In this document: positions 1 to 17,061 of the stretch, piece after piece | How the letters are laid out: each line of letters opens with the position of its first letter | Numbering within the stretch: position 1 is the stretch's first letter | Assembly (NCBI GenBank): GCA_964016885.1 | Contig: OZ024741.1 | Span: forward strand, 340,814,001-340,878,000 | Origin: Eledone cirrhosa | Taxonomy: Eukaryota | Direction: 5' to 3' | DNA length: 64,000 nt | Translations under genes and position numbers: made by a program | The notes under the pieces: model-generated | What the model saw: only the letters and a program-made list of their open reading frames with translations | Databases searched by the model: none | Told to the model about the DNA's origin: nothing

Positions 1-139
1 TATATATATATATACATACATGTGCGTGTGTATAATGCATACACACGCATACGTATGTACATATATATATATACGTGTGTACATATATATATATATATAT
101 GTATGTATATGTATGTATATGTATATATATATATACTTA

Positions 140-189
<50 letters not shown>

Positions 190-192
190 TAA

Positions 193-225
<33 letters not shown>

Positions 226-228
226 TAA

Positions 229-317
<89 letters not shown>

Positions 318-801
318 TAAGTATATATATATGTAATAATGTTTGTAATAATGTTTGTTTAATCTGTTAATAGCTGTGTGCAAATATAGCCAGACAATAT
401 TACTGTGTACAATTAATATAACTATAACTTCTTATACAATACCATCACCCTCACCCCTAAAACTACTCCCGCCACCAGCACGGCAGATTAGCATATTCAG
501 CCAGATCAACAAATTGAAATAGAACACGGTTTATTATAGCATTTAAACACTGAAAAATCTATGTATAATATATGTATAATCCCCACCTCGCACTATTACA
601 AAATAACAAGACAGCAAATATGGAAGTTTCGCCATAGATAATGGCAATAAAAGCAAGCCATACCTGTTTTGTATATATTGTCTTGTCTAGTTTTATTTTT
701 ACCCCAGAGAGTTCTCTTTATATATATACACAAATACATATTTGTATAGATATAGTTATATCTATATGCATGTCTCTACACACACTCACACACACACACA
801 C

Positions 802-834
<33 letters not shown>

Positions 835-914
835 AATATATATATATATGTATATATATATATATGTGTGTGTGTATATTTATATATATATATATTTATA
901 TATATATATTTATA

Positions 915-1237
915 GTATGCAGATTGGAGCACTCGACGAAGTACGCAGGTTGGTTTGTTTACTCCGGAGTAATGTAAAATAATTAAGTCAAATATGTAAA
1001 ATTTGGCTTCGTTTATTATAAATTATAGATATACTGCTATATATATTTCGGTGATAGCTATCATTGGCTGTGACCTCTTCAGGCAGTCCGAATTGGTGTG
1101 TGAAAGTCAGGTACACATGTTGTTGAAGTGTGTTTTACTCCGTCAATACATCGATATGTCCAGCTCCTGGTTGTGTTGTTATTTCTCTGAGGAATATGAT
1201 CATATGATTCCAGTTCCTCAGATAAATAACAATACAA

Positions 1238-1272
<35 letters not shown>

Positions 1273-1806
1273 AAAGAATAGAGGTGTAACACACGAGTTA
1301 TGATATATTAGTAAAAGGAAAAGAAAATGCTGACAAATTGTTCCCAGTGAAAAATAGTTTAATTAGGAATAAGTAATTAGTAATAGTATTGGTTAGTATT
1401 CAGTTTTGGTTTTAAGTTTTACCGGTTGCGCATTTCTAATGCTTTTCAAAAATAATTTTGAGATAGAGCGCCCGTGATGTTTGCTCTAATCTGATTAGTT
1501 TTGGAAATTCTACTTGTTTTATGTAAAAAAAAGTGGCTCCAGATGTATGAAAAAATTCTTGTGGTCAAAACAATTTTGATTGGTCGGTTGAGGTCATGTG
1601 AATGTTAAAAATTGATTTTGCGCCAAATGTAGGTTTGTCTCGGCTGATTGAGAAGTCACTGAAAAATAAGTCTTTCAAGACAAATGTGTGTGTGTGTGTG
1701 TGTGTGTGTGTAGTAGTAGTAGTAAAGAGGTTCGTTGTTGTGATAATGGTCAGCAGGGATGTGTGTGCGAACCGCAGCCTGTTGACAGTTCAAATGCCTA
1801 TTAAGA

Positions 1807-1853
<47 letters not shown>

Positions 1854-3112
1854 CAGAGTAATTCGTGGTAGAGGGATGGTCAGTAGGAATGTGATTGTAC
1901 GTGTGTGGGGGATATTTTAACATGTTAAAAGATATTTTTCAGCTCTTGTCTTATACGGAGAAGTGTGTGTGTGTGTATGTGTGAATATGTCTCTTTGTAT
2001 GATAATTTACGCGTGTGTATGTGTGTGTGTGCATATATGTGTGTGTGTGTATATATATATGTGTGTGCGTGTGTGTGTGTGTGGGTGGACCAGTATTTTG
2101 TGATACTGCTAAAAATGGTGTACATTATTCGATATTTTCAGTAAAAACGATTCTCTCAATAGAACATAAAAAACCTTAATAATAAAAGGTGTGAAATGAT
2201 ATATAGTATTGGCATAATACCAAGGTGTGTGTGAGTGTCCAGATTGTACGTACTGCAAGGGGAATCCATTAGGCCTTGCCGTATTGGAATACTTGTGTAC
2301 AAATATGTATGTGCCCATCAGTGTGCAATGCATGTGTGCGTATATGTATGTGTGTGTGTCGGCACGTTTATATCTATAGAGATCAAAAGGTATGCAAATT
2401 TGTGTATATTTGTGTTGCACCATAGAACATGTGTGTTTACGTATGTCATTGTGTTTATATGTGGATAGAGATGTATGCTGATGTAGGTATGTATGTTGAC
2501 GTGTGTATGTTGTGGGTTCGTCTTAGGGAGAAGTGTTTAGACGGGGGTCCGTATTTGTTAATAAAGTGAGATTCCTTGCTGATGCGTTGGGTGTGGGTGG
2601 CATTATCTTTAAATTTGTAGAGGGGAAAGATTCTGAAGTTGGGATGATTTTGGGCGGCACGGGTATCAATGTGTTCACTCAGTGGTATTTTCCTGTATTC
2701 CCGTATTTTAATTTGGGATCTATGGACAGTCATGCGTTGGCGGAGGCTGTTTTTGGTCTGGCCTATGTATTGTTCTCGACAACCTGGGCAAGTTAATACA
2801 TATATTAGATTTTATGATGCGCATGTGAGATTGTGTTTTACTATAAAACGCCGTCCTTCTTTGAAATAGAATTCCGAACCCTCTATTAGGTTGATGCAAA
2901 TGCCACAGTTGGGTCTATCGCATTTTTTTACTGTGGGTTTCGTTGTTGTGGTTGGCAGTACTTTGGCATGTGTTAGGATGTTTTTCATTGACTTAGATTG
3001 TCTTTTGCTCTTTATGATATCGTGTGTTCGTAGGATTTGGTTCATTCTATGGTCCTTTTTCAACACAGGGATGTTCTGGAGGATGGTGTCAAAGGCCTCA
3101 TTGTTGAGGGGT

Positions 3113-3113
<1 letters not shown>
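915..3113 (-). mobile_element. 5'-truncated Penelope-like element (Neptune-like): GIY-YIG end, long 3' UTR and pLTR
   Basis: Minus strand 3110-2530 reads CDRPNCGIC...LTCAS*NLIYVLTCPGCREQYIGQTKNSLRQRMTVH...KESHFI (Cys linker + GIY-YIG). The pLTR with hammerhead lies at 915-1210. TA tracts flank both ends. Confidence 0.8.
1033..1087 (-). ncRNA. Type I hammerhead ribozyme in PLE pLTR
   Basis: Reverse complement: ACTGC-CTGAAGA-ggtcacagccaatgatagctatcacc-GAAA-tatatatA-GCAGT. Stem I is ACTGC/GCAGT. Confidence 0.8.
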
Positions 3114-3170
<57 letters not shown>

Positions 3171-3174
<4 letters not shown>

Positions 3175-3210
3175 ATGCCAATCATTCTAAGTTTGAATCT
3201 GACATGCAAA

Positions 3211-3260
<50 letters not shown>

Positions 3261-3455
3261 TAAAGTAAGCGTAAATAGATAGTTATGGTCGACGTCTAAA
3301 TCCTTTTGGTGCTCCATAAACTACATCCTCATTTTGTTTCACATCTATGTAGACTATATTTTAACCTGTAATCCATGTTTCATTTCTGTTGCACTTCACC
3401 CCCTCTCTCTTTCCCTCTGTGATATTTGAATCAACCATGATTTGAGCTTACTTTA

Positions 3456-3532
<77 letters not shown>

Positions 3533-3571
3533 GTTTTTGCACGTCAGATTCAAACTTACAATGATTGGCCA
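3171..3571. repeat. Dispersed repeat with partial inverted ends; another copy at 9870-10110
   Basis: gccaatcatt(c/g)taagtttgaatctgac..gaataaagtaagc at 3177-3270 is inverted at 3445-3571. 3280-3571 matches the reverse complement of 9877-10110. Probably a pLTR fold-back. Confidence 0.6.
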
Positions 3572-3625
3572 TATATATATATATATATAGATTTTGAGAA
3601 TATGTTGGTTGTGTACCAACATCTT

Positions 3626-3920
3626 AGTATGCAGATTGGAGCACTCGACGAAGTGCGCAGGTTGGTTTGGTTACTCCGGAGTAATGTAAAATAAAATAAA
3701 ATAAGATAAAATAAATAAGTCAAATGTTTAAAATTTGGCTTCGTTTATTACTGCTATATATATTTCGGTGACAGCCATCTTTGGCTGTGACCTCTTCAGG
3801 CAGTCCGAATTAGTGTGGTAGAGACGAGTACACATGTTGTTGAGGTGTTTAACTTTGTCAATACTCTGATATGCCCAGTTCCTGGTTGGGTTGTTTTTTC
3901 ACTGAGGAAGTGGAATCATA
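3626..3920 (-). mobile_element. Second copy of the 915-1210 pLTR, with hammerhead at 3750-3804
   Basis: Clear similarity to 915-1210 (agtatgcagattggagcactcgacgaag...gtgacctcttcaggcagtccgaatt). The hammerhead core is retained. Confidence 0.8.
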
Positions 3921-4919
3921 TGAATTTAAACAAACGAATTTCAGCGTCAAAGGGCCTCTTTTCCTCTCATTGGTCAGTTGTTAGAACATTCCTCAGTGAA
4001 AAGTCTATAGAAATTCGTTCTGAGGCAAGCCAATCTGTAGTGGTTGTTCTTGTTATTGTTAGGTACATCTGACCTCTATTCTTATGTTGGTAGTGGTGTT
4101 GTTGTTGGAGTCAGCTAAAAAAAATGATAAAGTGGTAGAAGGAATAAGGTGGTAAAGGAACAAAATAAAATAAAATAAAACAATCAAATAAAATGTGTGT
4201 GTGTGTTATACCCATCTCAGTGTTATAAAGATTTGTAATGTCACTCTTCCCATTGGTCAGTTTTGAGAGCATTCCTCAGTCAAATGTCTATAGAAATTAT
4301 TTCTGGGGTGAGACTCCCTGTAGTGTTTGTGTTTGCTATTGTTAAGTACATCTGACCTCTACCCTTATTTTGGTAGTGTTGGTGTTGTGGTCAGCCTATG
4401 TCTTGCTGCTGCTGACATTTAGAAGTATCTGTGTGTGTGTTTCTTCATCCCTCCTGCCACCATCTCCCGTGGTTTTGGTGGTGGTGGGGTTTCTGCCATG
4501 TATATGAAGAAATATAAGGCAATAAAGTGAAGAAAACAGAAAATAAATAATAAATAGAGAATAAATGAAAAATTAATGAAAAAGTAATGAAAAATGAAAA
4601 TGAAAAATGAAAAATGAAAATGAAAAGTGAAAAATGAAAATGAAGATTCACATAAAATAAAATGTGTGTGTGCTATAACCAATCTCAAGGTCAGAAATAT
4701 GTTGGATAATGTGGTAGGAGGAACAAGATGGTAAAAGAATAAAACGAAATAGGATAATCAAATAAAATGTGTGTGTGTTATAACCAATCTCAACTTAAAT
4801 ATAAATATAAATATAAGGTGATAAAGTGAAGAAAACAGAAAACAAATAACAAATGAATAATGAATAATCAAAAATGAAAAATCAAGTAAAATAAAATGTG
4901 TGTGTGTGTTATAAAGATG

Positions 4920-5800
4920 TTGGCCAAATTATAAAGGCTGTGTCAGAATCAATCTCTAGGCTATGATGGTGTCTGCTCAGGCTGGGTTGGTCCCTATGGC
5001 TTGAGGGGAGTTCCCAACCTATGGTGTTGTTACTGCCCATGTAGCTTGAGGGAGGTCTGGCCGAGAGGGGTCTACATAGTCTGGAGAAGTCCCTAAAGCT
5101 TGAGGGGAGTTCACATCTTATTGTGTTGCTACTGTCCATATATCTTGAGGAAGGTCCCGGCCCTGAGCTGTCTGTATGTCCCGAAGAAATCGGTTCTGAG
5201 GTTTATCATGCGGCTTCCACCTCTTAGTATCTCGAGGGTCTCGTTCAGACATAGTTTGCATATGCCAGATCCCCCTTTATCGGGGGGTACTTTCCTGATT
5301 ATGGACCCGGCCAGAGAGTACGGGGTCCTGTCCAGCTTAAGCTTCCAGATCAGGTCGGAGAGAGCCGTACTTTTCCTTTTGGCCTCCTTATTGAAGGAAT
5401 GGCGATGGTTATACCAACGGTCTTTAAATCTCGTTGATGTGGCTCCTATGTAGAAGTGTTCGGGGTTGGGGGTTTTAACCCTACAACCGTATACTAGGTT
5501 CTTCTTAAGGCATTCATTACTAAGGGGGCATGATTCGGGGTTTCTGCAGTTGCAGAGGGTGGTTGACCTCTGCGTGCCTAGAGTGGGGTTCCCGTTAAGT
5601 GTTATATGGTGGTCTTCCCCCGGGAACGGTGGGGGGTCCCCTGGTCTGTTTGGGTTTCTTAGGTGGGCACTGGGTCCTCCTTCTCTCCTTCCACATGGTT
5701 CTGCTGGATGCTTGTATTGCCATCTTCTGGTTGTGTGTGGTTTTTAAGCTTACTCCTGTTGATGCTAGCTATGTGTTGGGCCAGATTTCTCTTTTCCTTT
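4920..5800 (-). mobile_element. PLE (Naiad-like) GIY-YIG 3' fragment
   Basis: Minus strand reads CNCRNPESCPLSNECLKKNLVYGCRV...FYIGATSTRFKDRWYNHRHSF...STALSDLIWKLK...CKLCLNE. This is homologous to the endonucleases at 32400-32880 and 50560-50900. Confidence 0.85.
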
Positions 5801-5802
5801 TA

Positions 5803-5881
<79 letters not shown>

Positions 5882-5950
5882 GTGAGGGTTTTTTTACAGA
5901 ATGAAAAATAACCGAGGTGTCCTACACGAGTCAAAGTATAAAGAAAAAAA

Positions 5951-6175
5951 ATGAAATCGAAAATGCAACTGGAGTCTTATTTTAAAATATATATATATAT
6001 ATATTTATTTAGTTCCTTTAACAGTTTCGCAGTTCTTCTGCTTTTCAAAAGTAGAGTTGAGATGGAGGGGCTGTGGTTTGAAAAACCACAGACCCTCCAT
6101 GCGAAACCGGTAAAGGAACCAAATAAATATATATATTTTCTAAAAAATAAGACTCCAGTTGCATTTTCGATTTCA

Positions 6176-6176
<1 letters not shown>
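5951..6176. repeat. Fold-back palindrome, probably a PLE pLTR with a decayed hammerhead
   Basis: Arms atgaaatcgaaaatgcaactggagtcttatttt...cagtttcgca and tgcgaaaccggtaaagg...gcattttcgatttcat. The GAAAC-CG-GTA half-core is present. Confidence 0.65.
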
Positions 6177-6210
<34 letters not shown>

Positions 6211-6250
6211 ATATATATCTATATATATATCTATATATATATCTATATCT

Positions 6251-6281
<31 letters not shown>

Positions 6282-6305
6282 TATATACATACATACATAC
6301 ATACA

Positions 6306-6341
<36 letters not shown>

Positions 6342-6350
6342 TGTGTGTGT

Positions 6351-6590
6351 GAAGGTGCATGGCTTACTGGCTTGCAATCGAAAGGTTGTGAGTTCAATTC
6401 TCGGACCGTGTGATGTTTTGTTTCCTTGAGCAAGACACTTTATTTCACGTTGCTCCAGTTTACTCAGCTGAAAATGAGTACCAGCAATAGCTGGAGGTTT
6501 AACCCTGCGATGGACTGGCGTCAGTCGCTTCGCGCCATGAAACCGGGATAAGCACCGGCCAAATGAGCCTTCTGGCTTAAGACAGACTTT
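6351..6590 (+). mobile_element. tRNA-derived SINE with CORE-like body
   Basis: B box gagttcaattc, followed by ccttgagcaagacactttatttcac and ctgcgatggactggcgtc. Confidence 0.7.
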
Positions 6591-6643
6591 AGACTTTTAT
6601 ATATATATATATATAAAATCTTATGAGAACTATATATATATAT

Positions 6644-9870
<3,227 letters not shown>

Positions 9871-10107
9871 TATAATGCCAATCATTGTAAGTTTGAATCT
9901 GACACGCAAAAACATATATATATATATATGAATAAAGTAAGCCCAAATCATAGTAGATTCGAATATCACAGAGAGAAAGAGAGAGAGGGAGGGGGTGCAA
10001 CAGAAATGAAACATGGATTACAGGTTAAGATATAACCTAGATAGATGTGAAACAAAACGAGGATGTAGTTTATAGAACACCCAGATGATTTAGACGTCAA
10101 CCTTAAC

Positions 10108-10375
10108 TAGGAGCAATAACATTAAGAAAGACATGAACGACCCCACAACACTATATTTTGAAAATTTTGAAAGTAGGTTTATAAGTATGCATTTTCCTAT
10201 GATTTTCTCGGTTGTCTCTGTGGCCTAGCGGTAGGTACTAGAGACAGTGGATATCCTGCCCTTGGGTTCAATCCTGGTCAAGAAGTACATGTAACCTTTT
10301 TCAGTTTTTATTTTACAACCAATAGAAAAAAACTGAAAAGATTCGAACTGCAGACTGGATCACCACCGTCTATGA
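10108..10375 (+). mobile_element. Partial copy of the convergent tRNA-like cassette element
   Basis: 10220-10345 is nearly identical to 6835-6960. 10135-10225 resembles the reverse complement of 7015-7106. Confidence 0.65.
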
Positions 10376-10394
10376 TTATATGATTATAATATAC

Positions 10395-10426
<32 letters not shown>

Positions 10427-10802
10427 CGTTTCTGTGTGTTTCAAACAAAGGAATTAGTAATAATTATTATGATAATATCTGACATATTAAGTGAAAACAG
10501 TAAAAGATGTGAAAAGTAACTTGAACATATACAGCCAATCTTTACGTACTTTTATGCTAAGGTCAAAAGATCAAATTATATCGTTAACTCACACTCATTA
10601 ATTTCGATTTTGTCCTGTTAATACGGCATTTCAGATAGTTTTACAGTGTAATTACGCGCGTACACAGGCACACACAGATATATGCTGACATGAATATACT
10701 GGTATATATATATCTATGTATTCGTTCAAGTATATACGTACATGCATGCATTTATGCATACATACATGCATGCAAACGTACATATATTCAGACCTGTATA
10801 TA

Positions 10803-12421
10803 CAGTGGCCCGCAAAAGTTTACAACACATTAGGAAAAATGCGGTTTCAGGTATTTATAATAAAGTTAGGGTAATGAAAATTTAACTACTGATAGAACAT
10901 ATAATGAGGCATTTAATGATACAATCATATTTTTAAAAAAGATAACAAGGAAATAACTCATGAAGAAAAATCAATATTTTTATAACGCAAAAGTTTATAA
11001 CACATTTATTAAATCATCTCTTAATATTTCGTAGCGTAACCTTTGTTGCTAATTACAGCCTGTGGGCGTTTGGACTAGCCTCCTACAAACTTCTTGCATG
11101 TTTCTTGTCTAATATTTTTCTATTCTTCACAACAAATTTTCTTTAGTTCAGGGATATTTTGGGGTTTCCTTTTTTGATTTCTGAGTTTCAGTTCTCTCCA
11201 CAAATTTTCGATCGGGTTAAGATCTGGACACTGACTTGTCCATTTTAGAACATTTATTCCATTCGTACTTAACCAAGATTGTGTTAGCTTTGCATTATGC
11301 TCTGGATCATTATCTTGTTGAAAACACCAACCTGGCTTTAAGCTGAGAGAATGTACACTTTGATGTAAATTCCTTTGCAAAATACCTCTATATTAAGCGC
11401 CATCCATCTTCCTTCTATTATTTCAATATTTCCTACACCTGTGGCACTAAAGCAACCCAAGACCATGATTGATCCACCTCCAAATTTTACAGTTGGAATA
11501 GTATTCTTTGGCGAATATTCAGTACCTTTCTTTCTCCAGACTTTTGCCACAGCATTTCGACCAAAAAGTTCAATTTTTGTTTCGTCCGAATCAAAGTACA
11601 TCTTCCCAAAATGACGCAGGTTTGATGAGATGCTCATTTACAAAGTTTAATCAACGAACAACTTGTTTCCTCGTAAGAAGTGGTGTTTTCCTTGGAGATC
11701 TCGAGAAGATATCATATCGACGAAGTGAACGACTAATTGTATCTGAGCTCACTTTTACTCCACTTCCTTCTAGGTCATCCTGAAGATTTTTAAGAATACA
11801 CCGGGGTTCGTTGCCAACCTTTCTTGTCAATAACCGAGCTGCACATTCCGTTATCTTTCTAGGACGACCAGAACTAATTAGAGGACAGATGGAATGATGA
11901 GATTTCCAGTGACGAATTATAGTACCTACTGAACTCAATGGCACATTTAACTGACAAGATATCTTTCTATAACCAACACGGTTTGTATGAAGGTCTACAA
12001 TGCGTTTACGGAGGTCTTGATCAATCAGTTTATTTTTCCCCATATTGTCAATGTTTACAGGACGGTTGTCAATGTTTACAGGAGGGTTGTCAGACAAATA
12101 ATGACGTAATGTTTTTAATAGTCCTTAGAAGTTACCTTAAACCTAATCTAGAACATTCTACTGAAATTTAAATCTGAAATTTTAAGAATTTTTTTGAAAA
12201 AAAAAGCGATAAATATAGAATGTGTTGTAAACTTTTGCGTTATAAAAATATTGATTTTTCTTCATTAGTTATTTCCTTGTTATTTTTTTAAAAATATGAT
12301 TGTATCATTAAATGCCTCATTATATGTTCTATCAGTAGTTAAATTTTCATTACCCAAACTTTATTAAAAATACCTAAAACCGCATTTTTCCTAATGTGTT
12401 GTAAACTTTTGCGGGGCACTG
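10803..12421 (-). mobile_element. Full-length Tc1 DNA transposon, IR/DR type, ~1.62 kb
   Basis: TA-flanked ~200-bp TIRs (cagtggcccgcaaaagtttacaacacatt...). The direct repeat cgcaaaagttta(c/t)aacacatt occurs at both ends of each TIR. Confidence 0.95.
11021..12043 (-). pseudogene. Disrupted Tc1 transposase (DD34E)
   Basis: Paired-like HTH and GRPRK, then [29 protein letters not shown]-(34 residues)-PDLNPIENLW and terminal TKY*. Split by stops/frameshifts near 11651, 11400 and 11120. Confidence 0.92.
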
Positions 12422-12495
12422 TATATATATGTGTATATATATATATAAATGTGTGTGTGCGTGCGTGTATGCATATATCTATGTATATATATATA

Positions 12496-12499
<4 letters not shown>

Positions 12500-12571
<72 letters not shown>

Positions 12572-12757
12572 TTATATATGTATATATATATATACACATA
12601 AGACGTATAAGATATATAAGATATATGCATAAGACGCTCCCACTTATTTTTATTATATTTTACGTCATATTTTGACGTTTATAGGCATTTTTACGGATCA
12701 TGCCCACTATTCGCGGGTCCTCTAGGTTGGTAATGCCCCCGACTACAAGAGGAACAA

Positions 12758-12819
<62 letters not shown>

Positions 12820-13005
12820 TTGTTCCTCTTGTAGTCGGGGGCATTACCAACCTAGAGGACCCGCGAATAGTGGGCATGATCCGTAAAAATGCCTATAAAC
12901 GTCAAAATATGACGTAAAATATAATAAAAATAAGTGGGAGCGTCTTATGCATATATCTTATATATCTTATACGCCTTATGTGTATATATATATATACATA
13001 TATAA

Positions 13006-13080
<75 letters not shown>
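12500..13080. repeat. Near-perfect inverted duplication of a probable Tc1/pogo-type terminus around a TA tract
   Basis: 12565-12760 is the reverse complement of 12817-13012. The inner ends read TA-CAGTTGTTCCTC. Confidence 0.8.
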
Positions 13081-13087
<7 letters not shown>

Positions 13088-13262
13088 ACACATATATATA
13101 TACAGATATATATACATACACATATATATGTATACATGAATATATATGTAGTATATTCGGCAATATACTGTATGCTTAATTAAAAACATTTTGAAGACAT
13201 TGCGCTATTATTTTAGAGTAGTGACTATGTCACTTACTTCTTTTTCAACAAACAAAGGGAGA

Positions 13263-13308
13263 TAAGCTGACAGATCTGTTTCATACTGTTGGTAATCATC
13301 AGAGCTTA
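13263..13308 (-). ncRNA. Minimal type I hammerhead ribozyme
   Basis: Reverse complement: TAAGCT-CTGATGA-t-tac-caaca-gta-t-GAAAC-AGATCT-GTC-AGCTTA, with a palindromic stem III. Confidence 0.85.
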
Positions 13309-13444
13309 GCACTCGCCGATGCCTGTTGAAAATTATAGATGTTGGATTCTTATAGAATTCCAGTAATAATCAGGAACTGATTATACAAAGCGATTGCCGG
13401 TCCAGCAAAAATTGAAAATTAGAATTGGTGCTCTGAAATAGCGA

Positions 13445-13900
13445 TGTATACGGTTCAAGTTTTACCTATCTAGGTAAAACTTGAACCGTTAAGGTCTCAT
13501 TCCTGGATATGTCAATATTTATAAAACAAGCCTTGTATTTTATCTGATGTGTGCGTACCAAAGTCTTGGTACCCTTGAAATATATATAATAGAATAAATA
13601 TGGTTTCATATAGTTTCCATTGATTAATATCATTGATATATATATATATATATAAATATAAATATATATAAGCAAAGAGATATTTAATTTGTTGGTTATT
13701 CAACAAATTTATTTATAACAGATTCGAAGCACTCTACAGTTTTTCTGGAGTATAATATCAATGATATTAATAAATGGAAATTATATTTATAAAACCATAT
13801 TTATTTTATTATATATATTTCAAGGTTACCAACATTTTGATACGCGCTCATCAGATGAAATACAAAATTTGTTTTATAAATGTTGACATACCCAAGAAAC
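13445..13900. mobile_element. Diverged pLTR pieces of the 48450-48873 family; hammerhead at 13802-13862 (-) and a mutated one at ~13537-13597 (+)
   Basis: Shares aaccgttaagg, tattttatctgatg..gtacc..ggtacccttgaaatatata and the tail with the 48.5-kb palindrome. Confidence 0.7.
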
Positions 13901-14144
13901 TGATAAAATTCAACCTCTCCTCTCTCAATATTATCTGTCATATAAGTCAGCGACCACAGCGACCAAATATATTTTTTTTCCGATTCCACCCCGCCCGTCC
14001 CTTCAATCTAGCTAATATCTCATTCTTTCTTCCGATGATGGACTAGCGCCCGAAACGTTAAAACCCTCTTCCTGCTATTTCAAGCGTTTACCTAATATAT
14101 TCCTTCCATATACTGTACCGATTGTGTTGTTATTTCTGTTTACC

Positions 14145-14271
<127 letters not shown>

Positions 14272-14278
14272 TAAAGAG

Positions 14279-14322
<44 letters not shown>

Positions 14323-14839
14323 GTAAATCATTATTAGAAAGCGAGAGCTGAATTTTAACTTATACGACACCCAAGGTTTACTGTGGAATATCAAAGCACT
14401 CATCATGTTTAAACTTTTTTTAAAATAAAATATAAAATATCCGAAAGAAATGAAGGAAGCCAGAAATTATATGGCATAATGTTGGAACATTTTAATTTTA
14501 AAGGGTCCCTTTTAAATTAAAATCTTCCAGCATAATCTTATATAAAAACGATTTGTAATGAAATAATTGATAGTTTTAGTAAATCCTTCAAAATCCTTCA
14601 TTAACACTCTTGATACCTCTCCGGCCCAAACCGGCTCTGATTTTATGAAACAAGACCACCTATTTTAAATGATTCTTATTTATATTAAAATCTCCCAACA
14701 ACATTTATATAATTACGATTTGTTAAGTTACTATCCCTTAGTAAATCTCTCAAAATACTTCTTCAATTAAGTGAAATTGAATGTATTTCAATTCAGGTGC
14801 GGTCATGAAAAGATTAAAAAGGCCATAGCCATCACCATT

Positions 14840-15023
14840 TTGGCAGTATCAGTAGAGCGTCACAAACCATGCTTTGCAGCATAGAGTTATGGCTCTTTAT
14901 GTTCTGAGTTCAAATCCTGCCGAGGTTAACTTTGCCTTTCATCCTTACGGGATCGATAAAATAAAGTACCAGTAATACACTGTGGTAATTGCTGGCTTTG
15001 TGCCAAAAGTAGAAACAATTATT
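14840..15023 (+). mobile_element. tRNA-derived SINE, abundant local family (short form)
   Basis: tggcagtatcagtagagcg...gagttcaaatcc...ggttaactttgcctttcatccttacgggatcgataaaataaagtaccag...agtagaaacaattatt. Confidence 0.85.
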
Positions 15024-15711
15024 AGCCGCGTGTACCACCTACACTCTATACCTTTCCACCTCCATCTATTATCATCACCCTCTATCTTCATCTCTACTGT
15101 TGTTATAACCACTATGACTACCTCCATCATCTACCCCACACCACCATAATCATCATCTTCACCACACCACCAGTATCAATATCACCGTCCCTACCACCCT
15201 ATCATCATCCTTTTTATCGTCATCGTCATCATCACCGTTCTCTCTTCATCTTCCTCTACCAAACACACCACTACTGCCATTACGATGACCATCACCACCA
15301 CTACGACGACCATCGCCGTCACCACACCACCACCACTACCATCACTACCACTACAAGGACGAAGACGACCACCACCACCACCATCATCACCACAACTATG
15401 ACCGCTATCATCATCACTACGACAACGACGACGACTACTACCACCATCACTACCACTACGTCGACTGTCGCCGTCACCACACCACCATCACTACCACTAC
15501 GACGACCGTCGGCGACACCACACCACCAATACTACAACCACTATCATCACCACCACTAACACTACAGTCACCACTACCACCACCACCACCACCACCACCA
15601 ACACCAACAGCACCTTTAGAAATTTCTACACAATCTCCGCCATGTGAATTGTAAGATGTGTGAAATTTTTGTATTACTGGTTTCCCCATTAATATAAATG
15701 GTTTATTTTAA

Positions 15712-15947
15712 CCCTTTCCTAACCATATTTCTAATATAAGGCACTGCCTATAATTTTCAAATCATTTTGAAAATAAATATGAATGTAGAGGGATTTTGTA
15801 ATATAACCAACTTATTAAACTGGTGTTCAATAGATATTCCAACATAGACTTATAGAAGATTTTGAGATAAATATCATAACTTTAAGAGAAACAATTTGGT
15901 ATCGTATCACAGTGGAGGGTGTTTAATTTGATTTGGTATTAAAAGGG
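15712..15947. mobile_element. piggyBac-like MITE
   Basis: TTAA-CCCTTT...AAAGGG-TTAA termini. A more decayed relative lies at ~14602-14817. Confidence 0.55.
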
Positions 15948-16420
15948 TTAACACTTGCCCCAGATGCTTTCAACCAATATATGACGTTATACGCCTCATT
16001 GTTCTCTTAATACCAAAATCAAACCTGAACTTTTTTTTTTTTCACGTTTGCTATTTTTCCACGTTTGCTATCATTTTACTGACGCCATGGCACATAAATA
16101 TATTGACACTTTATCATAAATTTTCATGGGAGCTTTTGTTTTCTCTTTCCATGGAAAAGTAAAGTAATTTTCTAGAAGAAGAATCTGAAAACGATTTCTG
16201 GAATAAGACAATGAAAGTAATTTCTTAGATGAAGGAAGTGAAAGTCATTATACAATATTTGTACATGTTTTGTCCCTCTTTTTCTCTGTATGTATTAGAT
16301 TCAGCATTCTAAACGACCTGTCGGTGTTTGAACGAAATATGAAGACATCAATTGCAATTAGCTGCTATCTCTATTTTATACACATACTGACACACACAAA
16401 CACACAAACACACAAACACA

Positions 16421-16485
<65 letters not shown>

Positions 16486-16538
16486 TAACACCCACATCTG
16501 TGTGTGTATGTCCATCGGTGCATCTTTCACTCTCTCTC

Positions 16539-16609
<71 letters not shown>

Positions 16610-16827
16610 ATGCGGATATGCATGTATGTGTAGTGTGTTGTGCAATTCTTGGTAACGATAATGTATTTGGTAGCGTTGATCGGGTGAATTGGTACTGGTT
16701 GTAATGTTGATTTATGTAGTAGTTGACGTAGTAGTACTAACCATGATAGTAGTTGTGGTTAAAGTGCTGGTCAGTGTGGCTATGTTGGTGATGTTGGTAG
16801 TGATGGTGCTGGCATTGTTAGTGCATA

Positions 16828-17025
16828 GGGCGGTGGATTGGCAGTGTCGGTAGAGCGTCAAACACCATGCTTTGCTGCATAGAGTTGTGGCCCTTTGCGT
16901 TCGTTCTGAGTTTAAATCCCACCAAGGTTAACTTTGCCTTTCATCCTGACAGGGTCGATAAAATAAAGCACCAGTAATACACTGGGGTAATTGCTGGCTT
17001 TGTGCCAAATGTAAAAACAATTATT
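16828..17025 (+). mobile_element. tRNA-derived SINE, same family
   Basis: Same consensus as 14840-15023. Confidence 0.85.
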
Positions 17026-17061
17026 AGTGCATATGTTTGTGTATGTGTATATATATATATG

